Assembly (NCBI GenBank): GCA_965223155.1 | Contig: CBDCVR010000013.1 | Location: forward strand, 864,001-928,000 | From: Candidatus Multivoradales bacterium | Lineage (GTDB): Bacteria; Acidobacteriota; Thermoanaerobaculia; Multivoradales; JAHEKO01 | Direction of reading: 5' to 3' | Length of the DNA: 64,000 nucleotides | Shown here: one piece after another, positions 20,206 through 28,920 of the stretch | Layout: every line of letters begins with the position of its first letter | How positions within the stretch are numbered: position 1 is the stretch's first letter | The notes under the pieces: generated by a model | Databases searched by the model: none | What the model was told of the DNA's origin: nothing | What the model saw: only the letters and a program-made list of their open reading frames with translations | Made by a program: the position numbers and the translations under genes

Positions 20206-21020
20206 GGGCCTGTTAACACTTAAGGGTTAGGATCGTATAAGCTCCGTGCATGGAAATCACGGAGAAACAGTACGAGCGCATTGCAGATTGCTTTCCAGTG
20301 CAGCGAGGCAACGTCAGCGTGCCGAATGTTCAAGTGCTGAACGCAATTCTCTACGTTGCCGAACACGGCTGCAAGTGGCGCGGGCTCCCGAAACGATTCG
20401 GGAATTGGCACACGATCTACACTCGCATGAACCGTTGGTCCAAGAACGGCGTGTTGGATCGGGTGTTCGCGCGGCTCCAAGAGGAGCAGATCGTGCGAGT
20501 CAAGATCGAGGCCGTGTCACTTGACAGCACGATCGTGCGGGTTCACCCCGACGGTACGGGAGCATTAAAAAAAACGGCCCCCAGGCCATTGGAAAGTCCC
20601 GCGGTGGATGGACCACCAAGATTCATATGGTTGCCGCAGATGCTCGAACAGCCATCACCTTCTGCCTCTCGCCCGGCCAAGCGCACGATGCGCCCGTCGG
20701 CCGATGCTTGCTGAAAGACCTGGGCCGACCGAAGCAACCGATCGCGCTTGTCATGGACCGAGCCTACGAAGGCAACGAAACCCGACAACTCGCTCTGAAT
20801 CTCGGCTATACCCCTGTCGTGCCACCCTTGAGCACTCGCCTTCGGCCCTGGGCCTACGACCGGCTCCTCTACAAACGTCGCAACGAGATCGAACGGCTCT
20901 TTCGCCGGCTCAAAGGCTACCGGCGCATCTTTTCCAGATTCGAGAAGCTCGACGTCATGTACATCGCCTTCATCCATTTCGCCCTCATCGCTGATGCACT
21001 GCGACAGTGTTAACACGCCC
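20206..21020 (+). mobile_element. IS5-family insertion sequence (IS427-like), 815 bp
   Basis: Terminal IRs GGGCCTGTTAACACT / AGTGTTAACACGCCC (14 of 15 match); TA duplicated, empty site GACTAGTC; two overlapping transposase ORFs. Confidence 0.93.
20250..21013 (+). CDS. IS5-family transposase, OrfA/OrfB joined by -1 frameshift at A8 (20567-20574)
   Basis: OrfA GCKWRGLPKRFGNWHTIYTR...LDSTIVRVH; -1 frame continues KNGPQAIGKSRGGWTTKIHM...DRAYE...RNEIERLFRRLK. Confidence 0.9.
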
Positions 21021-21465
21021 TAGTCCTTCAAAGCTGCCCGCGAGATCGCCCGGCAGGGAGTCGTCATCATTCCGCAGAACCAGTTCCTTTCGCGGCCCTG
21101 GCGTTCTCGGAGGCCATGCTGGACAACCGGCAGGCCACCCTGGGTGCAATCGACCGCGCCGCGGAGTTGCTGGCCCCCGATCGCTTCGTGGCGCCACAGT
21201 TCGACGAATCTCGCGCCGAGACGAGGAAGAGGCCGGAGACTTCATCGAGCAGAGGCCGGGGCGCTGCTACGACGAACCACTAAGGATCCTCGTGCTACGA
21301 CCCAACCCTCCACGGGATCCGCTACGGGACTACCCGCGCTTCGAAGGTCTGGTCGACCGGCGATCGGCCCAAGAAGGCCGCCGCCACCCAGCCACTCCGC
21401 GATCTCGGGCCGACGAAGCAAGGTCAAGCTCGAGAGTCCAGCTGGCGGCTACATGCCACATCAAT

Positions 21466-22776
21466 CTAGCCGGGACAAGGCGACCAAGACAAGGGCACCA
21501 TCTTCTCAGCCGTTTCCAGGAAGATCAGGGCTCGGAACTCGTCCCGAGGGACCATGACGCGTCCGTTGACTTCCTGTGGGGTGCCATGTGGGAAGAACGG
21601 CTCGGACGTTCCCGGGAAGTCGAGATCGATCAGAAGGAAGGGTTCTTCCAACTCGTGCAGCTTTCCCTCGAGCGACGACGGACTGGCGACGCCGGTCGAG
21701 CCACAACCGACCCCGGGCCAGTCGATGTGGCTTTCATAGGCGACGAGACCTAGCGCCTCGTACTCCGCACCCAGTTCTCCTTTCAGGACGGATCCCATCG
21801 GCAGGATGCCCGACGCGGTACCGAAGTAGGTCCCGCCCGACGAGATATGGCTGTTATGGGCCCAGAGAGCCGTTTTCGCGCCGGGAAAGCGGATCTCGCG
21901 AATCGCGGCGGCGATGTATGCCATTCCCCGATCCCGTTCGCCAAACGCACGTGCAGGTTCGGTTTCCCGGAAGAACTCTTCGAGGTGCCACGATCGAAGG
22001 CCCACGATGTGGATCCGAGCCCATTCGATGTCCGCGGCCGTCGCCTTTCGCGCACGGACGAGGCGCCCACCGCGGCGATCCAGAAACTTCCAGCCCCGTG
22101 TCAGAGCTTGGAGACAGCGCCTGTTCTCGGCATCTGAGATTGCCCTGCTCCTCGAGAAGTAGAGACTGGCGCTTCGTGCGGTCGCGCCAGCGCATTCATC
22201 CAGCCATCTGACTTTTCGGTTGGCGGCTCCCACTCCGAACTGCTGCAGCAGCAGCTTCAAGCGCGGCGCATCGTCCCAGCCCTGCTGATGGTCAAAACCG
22301 TAGAAGTGCAGCGGATCTCCGGGGTTCCTCTGGTTGTACCGACACATCCAGAGAACAAGATCTCGCACGCTCTCGTTCTGCCACACACCGAACAAGCCCC
22401 CGATTGCCGCCTCCGGCGTGCCCTCGCAGGTCTCGACATACGTCGCGACGCTCTCGGCGCGGATCCACGGGCTCTCGAAGCCAAACACCCGGTAGCCATG
22501 TCGGGTTACCAAGTACTTGAAGAGTCTGAACTTGGCTCGTGAGAAGCCGCGCGTCGTGTGCACGTCCTCGCCAAGGCCCAAGACCTTGACGCCTCGAACG
22601 ATCTTCTTCAGAGGGTTGAGATCGCTCACGGCCAGCGTCTCTTCGATACCGTCGAGCCGGTAGATGCCCGGCAGGATTTCCTCATTCGCCTGCACCGACG
22701 TCGCGGAGATTCCACCCAAAGACATAGCCAAAGCGAGGACCAGGAGCCGGGCAAGAAAACCAGGGGCTGATCGCAT
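21466..22776 (-). CDS. Erythromycin esterase family protein, secreted
   Basis: LGLGEDVH, FGFES, FYGFD, RDRGMA, LWAHNSHI, PMG. Confidence 0.85.
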   Translation of the reverse strand: MRSAPGFLARLLVLALAMSLGGISATSVQANEEILPGIYRLDGIEETLAVSDLNPLKKIVRGVKVLGLGEDVHTTRGFSRAKFRLFKYLVTRHGYRVFGFESPWIRAESVATYVETCEGTPEAAIGGLFGVWQNESVRDLVLWMCRYNQRNPGDPLHFYGFDHQQGWDDAPRLKLLLQQFGVGAANRKVRWLDECAGATARSASLYFSRSRAISDAENRRCLQALTRGWKFLDRRGGRLVRARKATAADIEWARIHIVGLRSWHLEEFFRETEPARAFGERDRGMAYIAAAIREIRFPGAKTALWAHNSHISSGGTYFGTASGILPMGSVLKGELGAEYEALGLVAYESHIDWPGVGCGSTGVASPSSLEGKLHELEEPFLLIDLDFPGTSEPFFPHGTPQEVNGRVMVPRDEFRALIFLETAEKMVPLSWSPCPG

Positions 22777-22995
22777 CGAAACCTCCTCCTTCGGACGTCG
22801 ATTGACTTCTTCCTCCCAGAAGCAAGAACCGCGCCGAACCTGCGGAACTGGTCAAGCGACACGACCGCGCATGCCCTGCGGATCGGGTTCCGGTCACTCG
22901 GCCGGCCGGCGGCCGACCTCGTCCTCGACCGAGGACGACGACCGGATCGACTTCGGGCGCGAGCCACCTCTCGAGTCGTATCGCTGCAGCGGCCG

Positions 22996-23769
22996 CTACT
23001 CGGTCGGCCGCCGCTCTTCCCACCGAGTCTCTGCCCACTGCTCGAGACCGTGCTGTGTCCGGTAGTGATAGGCGAACTTCTTCGCCTTGGCATCACCCGC
23101 CAACCATCGAATCGGCAGAGTGAGACACCCTGGCGGCTTGTCGGACTCCGGGCGCCCGCCGGCGGTCAACGCCGACAAGTCGCTCAGCGTCTTGAAGGCC
23201 GCGAAGACCAGGAAAAAGCCTCGCGGTCCCCCAAACCACTCCATCCCCACCATGCCGAAAATGATGGTCGCGTGCACAACAACTACCCGACCGAGGACCC
23301 GGCTCGCAAGACGCCGGATCCAGGCGAACTTGCGCGAGCCGATGCCGACCGCGTCGTAGCCGAACCCTCCAAGGAGCAACAGTGCGACGATTCCCAGTCC
23401 CCGGACCAGGGCGCCCGCATCGACACCCGCCGCCTCCGGAAACTCATTGGGGATCGCTAGAAACAGGACCGCGGCGAGAAACACCGCGTGGCCACCGGTG
23501 AAGATGAGCCCCGTGCTCAGAAACTCCGAAAGGAAATCCCCGCTTCCCGCCTTGCGGAAACCGGAGGAAAGGCTCGCCTCCCAATGCCCCCGCTTCCGGG
23601 TCGCCCGCCGGTGCAGCCAACCACGGAGTCCGACGAGGAGAATGAGGAGTACGTTCTCGCACCAGTAGAGCGCCAGCGCTGTCGAGGCACTCCAATTCGC
23701 CGCCAGCACTCCGAAGGCGGGCACCGAATTGACGCCGAGCACCTGAACGAGGCGAACGCTCCAGCCCAT
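22996..23769 (-). CDS. Membrane protein (DUF6498-like)
   Basis: LYWCEN motif, RVVVVH, several TM segments. Confidence 0.7.
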   Translation of the reverse strand: MGWSVRLVQVLGVNSVPAFGVLAANWSASTALALYWCENVLLILLVGLRGWLHRRATRKRGHWEASLSSGFRKAGSGDFLSEFLSTGLIFTGGHAVFLAAVLFLAIPNEFPEAAGVDAGALVRGLGIVALLLLGGFGYDAVGIGSRKFAWIRRLASRVLGRVVVVHATIIFGMVGMEWFGGPRGFFLVFAAFKTLSDLSALTAGGRPESDKPPGCLTLPIRWLAGDAKAKKFAYHYRTQHGLEQWAETRWEERRPTE

Positions 23770-23966
23770 GGACCGCGCCAGCGTACCTCACCCCCGTGGT
23801 GGGATCTTGGATCGATGTTCTCGAACCCGAAGCCGGCTGCTGTGATCCATCCAGCGTCAGAGACGCACGAAGGCATGGAGCCGCTGGGCGACGAAACCGG
23901 AAGACCGTAGAATCTCTCGAGAGCAAGCACCCCAGTCGCGTCAGCGCTAAGATTCCCTCGAGACCG

Positions 23967-25109
23967 ATGCGACACACCACCCGCTACCTTCTGCATCTCC
24001 TCGCCGTCGCCCTCGTAGCCGCGATCTTGGCGTGGCCCGGAGCGCTCGAAGCGGCTTGCGAGACCACGATCGATCTGGGGCGGGGTCCGGTGCGGGTCGT
24101 GGTGCCGGACTCCTACGATCCCGACCGACCGGCGCCGCTCGCGATTCTGCTCCACGGCTACGGCAGCACAGGCGACTGGTGGCGCAATTACCTCAAGTTC
24201 GACCAAGCGGCCGAAAGCCGGGGCATGGTCTTCGTCTACCCAGATGGCTCGGTCGACTGGCTGGGGAACCGTTTCTGGAATGCCACCGACGTCTGCTGCG
24301 ACTACCAGGCCGTCGGGATCGACGACGCCACCTACGTCCGGTCGCTCATCGACGCGATCGGCGAGCAGTGCAACATCGACTACCGCCGGATCTACTTCAT
24401 CGGCCATTCGAACGGCGGGTTCATGTCCTATCGTATGGCCTGCGACTACGCACCGTTGGTAGCCGCGGTCGTCAGCCTCGCCGGCGGGACCTATCTCGAC
24501 CCGGCGGACTGCCGGCCGAGCGCTCCGGTTCACGTTCTACAGATCCACGGCACCGAGGACGTCGAGTATCCCTATGAAGGCAGCATTGCCTACGCCATTC
24601 CGACCGCAGTCGAAAACGCCGAGATCTGGGCAGGCTACAACCGCTGCGCCATCCAGCCCCGGGACGGCGGGACCCTGGATCTCGACCGCGGCATCCCGGG
24701 GCAGGAAACAGACATCTCCCGCTACGACCGGCAGTGCAAGCCGGGTGGATCTGCCGAGCTCTGGACCGTCTGGGGAGCTGGCCACGAACCCTCCCACGAC
24801 GGCAGCCTCTCGGACACGGTCACGGACTTTCTCCTCGAGCACCAGAGCTGCCGCGGCCGCGAGCGTCTTGCCAAGATCCGTTGCGACGCTCGTCGCGGAC
24901 GCCTCAAGGTCAAACTCCGCGGCGCCTTCCCCAACGACCCCGTCGAGATCTCGGTACGCAGCGCCTCCACGCACCGCTCCAGGCAGACCAAAGTCAACCG
25001 CCGTGGCAACGCCACGGTCGTCTTCCGCGATCTGGACCTCGACCGGGGCGAGGTGACGGTCGAGTGGAACTGCTCGGGCACCTCGACCCGGAAGATTGTT
25101 TGTCGATAG
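23967..25109 (+). CDS. Secreted PHB-depolymerase/LpqC-like esterase with basic C-terminal extra domain
   Basis: LLHGYG, FWNATDVCC, GHSNGGFM, QIHGTED, GAGH; signal peptide. Confidence 0.85.
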   Translation: MRHTTRYLLHLLAVALVAAILAWPGALEAACETTIDLGRGPVRVVVPDSYDPDRPAPLAILLHGYGSTGDWWRNYLKFDQAAESRGMVFVYPDGSVDWLGNRFWNATDVCCDYQAVGIDDATYVRSLIDAIGEQCNIDYRRIYFIGHSNGGFMSYRMACDYAPLVAAVVSLAGGTYLDPADCRPSAPVHVLQIHGTEDVEYPYEGSIAYAIPTAVENAEIWAGYNRCAIQPRDGGTLDLDRGIPGQETDISRYDRQCKPGGSAELWTVWGAGHEPSHDGSLSDTVTDFLLEHQSCRGRERLAKIRCDARRGRLKVKLRGAFPNDPVEISVRSASTHRSRQTKVNRRGNATVVFRDLDLDRGEVTVEWNCSGTSTRKIVCR

Positions 25110-25159
25110 GCGGCCTCGCCAGATCAGGCCGTCCAGCGCCCGACGGCGGACCGGCCTCC

Positions 25160-26050
25160 CTATCTCAGAGGCTCGAATCTCCCCCGGGCCGTCACCAGCC
25201 CATCAGGTAGCGAAACACCGGAAGGTCCCGCTGCCTGCAACTCGAAGTTGATGGTCAGGTTGTATCGAGCCGCAACGGGTTGGCCGCCGATTCGTGCCGG
25301 TTCGAACCGCCACTGCGAGAGGGCGTCCACACCAGCCAGGTCCAACCCGTGCGACAACCGCTTCAAGATTCGAAGCCTCGTGACACGTCCCGTACAGTCG
25401 AGGATCGCCTCGAGGAGGACGTCGCCCGTGATACCCGCTATTCGGGCGGCAACCGTATACCGAGGGATCGGCCAGAAGAGCTTCCTTGGCGGCGTAATCT
25501 CGCCCTCACCGTTCTCGGGCGGCGAGCAGGCCAGAAAGCTGTCGGACTCGGACAATGTCGTTTCGAGCGTTACGCGCTGGAAAGGACCGAGTCTTGGCAT
25601 CCTCCGGAACCGAGCTCGCCAGAGGACCAGGTCGCCGGCTTGGAGCCGAGGCAGGGGACCGACATCGGCCAGAAGAGCGTGCTGCTTGACCCTGCCACGC
25701 ACCGAGTGCTTCTCGACGATGTCCGTCTTCCCGTCATCGTCCGTGTCGCGGTGGACTTCGATATCGATCACGATCGAGCCTCGGCCCGGCCTCTTCTCAA
25801 GGGTCCGCCAGTAGTCGAACCGCAGGTGGCCGCCCTTCTTCAGATCCCGCGGAACGACCAGCGTCCCCTGCCATGACTCCGGGTGTCGGGCAAACCAATT
25901 CCCGGTCCTGAGGAAGTCCTCGGCCGAGACCACACGATCGGCAGCGGCCGGCTGAACCATCACGATGGCCAGGAAGAGCCCGACCCAGAGAAAGGCCGCT
26001 CGTATCCGCCTTCTTGGCGCCCGAAGCTCCATCTCCGAAGTCACGGGCAT
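25160..26050 (-). CDS. Secreted protein with uncharacterised N-domain and TonB C-terminal domain
   Basis: Signal peptide; PRYTVAARIAGITGDVLL...WRFEPA. Confidence 0.78.
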   Translation of the reverse strand: MPVTSEMELRAPRRRIRAAFLWVGLFLAIVMVQPAAADRVVSAEDFLRTGNWFARHPESWQGTLVVPRDLKKGGHLRFDYWRTLEKRPGRGSIVIDIEVHRDTDDDGKTDIVEKHSVRGRVKQHALLADVGPLPRLQAGDLVLWRARFRRMPRLGPFQRVTLETTLSESDSFLACSPPENGEGEITPPRKLFWPIPRYTVAARIAGITGDVLLEAILDCTGRVTRLRILKRLSHGLDLAGVDALSQWRFEPARIGGQPVAARYNLTINFELQAAGPSGVSLPDGLVTARGRFEPLR

Positions 26051-26547
26051 GCCGGCTCGCGCAAAGTCGCCTCCAGTGAGGCACTCTCGTAGGCCCCGAG
26101 TGGAGGCATGCCGATCAACCGTGATGAAACTCGAACGACATCTCCATCGCGAAGAGACAACGGCTCGACCGTCGTGCGCCGAAAGAGCTGCCGAAAGACT
26201 CCTCCCTGGAGCCGTCGCCGCTCGACCGGACGGAGCTTGCCTCCGGCATCACTGCGCAGGACAACGATCTTGGAGCGGACCCTGCCTCGGTCCGGCTGCT
26301 CGGACGAGCTTCGCCAATACATCAGGTCCAGACGTGCGACTAAGTCCAGATTGACCTCGATCACCTGATCGATCGACATCAGATGTGGCTTCTGGCGGAG
26401 ACCGGCCACCTCCGACGTCGCGGATTCGGCCACTACGCATTGCGCGCTTGCCGTTGAAGACGCGCCTATGCTCAGGAGCCACCAACCCGTGCACAAAACT
26501 GCCCGCGCGGCAACGCGAATCACGCTGTTCTGTCTCGAGTCCGACAT
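26041..26547 (-). CDS. Hypothetical secreted protein, paralog of the N-domain of the downstream gene
   Basis: Signal-like N-terminus; shared pattern YWR...GRG...GD.V...MP.LG...LE.TL. Confidence 0.62.
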   Translation of the reverse strand: MSDSRQNSVIRVAARAVLCTGWWLLSIGASSTASAQCVVAESATSEVAGLRQKPHLMSIDQVIEVNLDLVARLDLMYWRSSSEQPDRGRVRSKIVVLRSDAGGKLRPVERRRLQGGVFRQLFRRTTVEPLSLRDGDVVRVSSRLIGMPPLGAYESASLEATLREPACP

Positions 26548-26739
26548 CGATCCCAAGCCACTCACCGAAGCAACCGACTCGAGTGTCTCATGGAGCACCA
26601 GGATTGGCGAGTGACCGCCGCGGGCGTTGCTGCTCTCCAGTCCGCCTGCTTCTGGCGCAGCCGATCGCCCGGGGCGCCAGTCAGACTCCTCAGGTGCACC
26701 TCGATTTCGGCATAGATCTCGCAGCCGTGTCACGAAGAA

Positions 26740-27537
26740 ATGCCTATCGCGCCAAAACGACCGATTCTTGCCCTGTCGTGGTTCCTGGCAGCAGCCCTAA
26801 CGGCACTGCCGGCTCGTTCGATCGACTGGAAACCGCAAATGGTCGTCCTGGCTTTCGTGGATGATCTGGACTCGGCAAGGAAGGAGGCGGAGCGCGCCAG
26901 CTACCTTCTCGACTACGGGATCGACGAAGTGTCGCTCGAGGAGCCCAGCTTGGCTCGGGAAATCCAAGGGCCTCTCATCTCCGTTCACCGAACCGCTCAT
27001 GGTCGGTTCGAGATCTCGAGTTTTCTGGGCGCCGAGCAACAAGTCGGAGGAGCTCTCAGAAAGGCCCGACAATTCTTCCCGGCAGCCGAGATCCGTCAAG
27101 TCACCAAGCCAGGCGAGCCGCGGCTGGTTCCCTACCGCAGGACAGGTGTCGTCATCGCGGGCAGTTACGGGACCTACGAAGCCGCACTCTCGGCCGCAGA
27201 CGAGTTGGCGACTGCTTCCGAGTTTGAGATTGGAACCCGCGGACTCGTCTATTCCGCAGAGTACGGCCTCCACTGGCCGGATGGGACCGGCTCTGGCGAG
27301 ACTTGGAGTTTCTTTCCCCGCAGGTACGACGACAGCTGCGGCGACGACCGAGCCGCACCTTGTCTGACAGTCGAGCCCTCCGCAGCCTACCGAGGCTTCG
27401 CTCCTGGCTACTACATCCTGGTTGCCGGGGTGCTCTCTCGGGGGCCGGCACGAGCCCAGCGGTTGGAGTCGGTACGCACGCACGTGCCGGATGCATTCGT
27501 CAAGGAGACCAACCTCTGGTTCGGCTGCACCCGCTAG
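26740..27537 (+). CDS. Hypothetical secreted protein with SPOR-like segments
   Basis: Signal peptide; VIAGSYGTYEAA, GYYILVAG, VPDAFVK. Confidence 0.65.
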   Translation: MPIAPKRPILALSWFLAAALTALPARSIDWKPQMVVLAFVDDLDSARKEAERASYLLDYGIDEVSLEEPSLAREIQGPLISVHRTAHGRFEISSFLGAEQQVGGALRKARQFFPAAEIRQVTKPGEPRLVPYRRTGVVIAGSYGTYEAALSAADELATASEFEIGTRGLVYSAEYGLHWPDGTGSGETWSFFPRRYDDSCGDDRAAPCLTVEPSAAYRGFAPGYYILVAGVLSRGPARAQRLESVRTHVPDAFVKETNLWFGCTR

Positions 27538-28409
27538 CCCTCGCCACCCTCCTCGCCCTCACCGCGGCGCTGGCTTGCGCGGCCGCACAACCGGGCGGCG
27601 ACCCACCCGTCGCGGTCGGCGCATCGCCCGGCGACGGCCTCGAGATCCGCTGGGTCGCCAACGAGGGGTTTCTGGTCGAAGGTGCCGGCAAACGAGTCTT
27701 GATCGACGGGCTGGTCGGACCAATCGACGGCTATCCGGCCCTGCCCAACGCGCTGCGGGATCCGATCGAGTCCGGCCGCGGCGAGTGGGGGCAGATCGAC
27801 GTCGCCATCGCCAGTCACAAGCATCGTGACCATTTCGACGCCGGCTCGGTCGCGCGTTTCCTTGTGGCGAATCCCTACGCCGTCTTCGTCTCGACGCCGC
27901 AGGCAGTGCGCCAAGTCGAGGAGTTGATCCAGGACCCGACAACTCTGGCGCGCGTCCACGCGATCTTGCCTGCCGAAGGGGAGGTCCAGAGCTTGGACCT
28001 CGGCGGGGTCGCGGTCGAAGTCCTCAACCTTCATCATGGGCGGCGCACGCCTCCGGTCGAGAACCTGGGAGTCGTCGTGACTCTGGGTGGGCGGAGCTTT
28101 CTCCATTTCGGCGATACCGAAGCCAAGATGGAGACGTTCGAGCCCTATCTGGACGTGTTGCAGGGAGTCGACGTGGCGCTTTTGCCGTTCTGGTTCCTGT
28201 CGAGTGCCTGGCGCGCCGAGCTAGTCCGCGACGACATCGCTCCGGTTTGGACGGTTGTCGGTCACCTACCCACTCGGGACGCTCCCGCCGGCTACTTCGG
28301 CCGTTGGAACAACTACGATGAGCTGGTTGCCACGATTCGGAACGGATTCCCGGACGCCTGGATCCCGCAGGCTCCGGGTGAGTCGAGACGCTACGGCACA
28401 GAGGACTAG
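27516..28409 (+). CDS. MBL-fold metallo-hydrolase, secreted; possible CTG start
   Basis: WVANEGFLV, LIDG, SHKHRDHF, LHH, HFGD; no ATG/GTG before the signal peptide, AAGGAG lies 8 nt before CTG 27516. Confidence 0.78.
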   Translation: MVRLHPLALATLLALTAALACAAAQPGGDPPVAVGASPGDGLEIRWVANEGFLVEGAGKRVLIDGLVGPIDGYPALPNALRDPIESGRGEWGQIDVAIASHKHRDHFDAGSVARFLVANPYAVFVSTPQAVRQVEELIQDPTTLARVHAILPAEGEVQSLDLGGVAVEVLNLHHGRRTPPVENLGVVVTLGGRSFLHFGDTEAKMETFEPYLDVLQGVDVALLPFWFLSSAWRAELVRDDIAPVWTVVGHLPTRDAPAGYFGRWNNYDELVATIRNGFPDAWIPQAPGESRRYGTED

Positions 28410-28567
28410 AGCCCGACTCCCGACGGGCGCCGACTGGTTCGCTCATCTCACAAGAGCGGCCATTCGAGCGATCACCGGCAACGCGCCGAGCGCCCTGCCT
28501 TGCGGGTCGGGCCTCCACTACCCGTTCGTGCGTTGCGCGGGACGCTCCGGATGGCTAGGTTGAAGGG

Positions 28568-28663
28568 TGGCGCGAAAGGGCAAAGCCGGCGAAAGCCGGT
28601 GACGCAAAGCCGCGTCTCCTCCCGCCCTCTCCGGACGAAAGACCGCCGGGCTGCCGAACGCTG
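28568..28663 (+). ncRNA. Cyclic di-GMP-I (GEMM-I) riboswitch
   Basis: GAAAGGGCAAAGCCGGC-GAAA-GCCGGTGACGCAAAGC...GCCGGGCTGCCGAA matches the GEMM consensus (GNRA-capped P2, GACGCAAAGC, GGG.TGCCG). Confidence 0.88.
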
Positions 28664-28710
28664 GATTGCCTGACGCGATGGAGTGTCAGCGAGACAGGCA
28701 GGAGGTTGGC

Positions 28711-28866
28711 ATGAACCGCATCATCACTCACACCGCCAAGCCCGGCGGAACGATTCGCGCGGTCGCGGGCATCACCCCGAACGGCCGGAGTTGGAAGCCG
28801 TGTTCCCGCGACGAGGCGGTAGCCGACGACCACAGCTATTTCGTGGCCCGCCCGGACGACGCCTAG
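28711..28866 (+). CDS. 51-aa ORF downstream of the riboswitch, resembling the N-terminal half of a DUF3892 protein (possibly truncated)
   Basis: GGAGG RBS; MNRIITHTAK...W.P.SRDEAVAD.HSYFV. Confidence 0.5.
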   Translation: MNRIITHTAKPGGTIRAVAGITPNGRSWKPCSRDEAVADDHSYFVARPDDA

Positions 28867-28920
28867 CAACCCAGTCGCGCTCGAGCTAGCGGTCCGGAGC
28901 ACCAGCCCCCTTCCGATCGC

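Noticed and set aside
21466-22776. Macrolide resistance gene
   Set aside because: Only family-level motifs; it is secreted and not in a resistance context, so EreA/EreB activity is unsupported.
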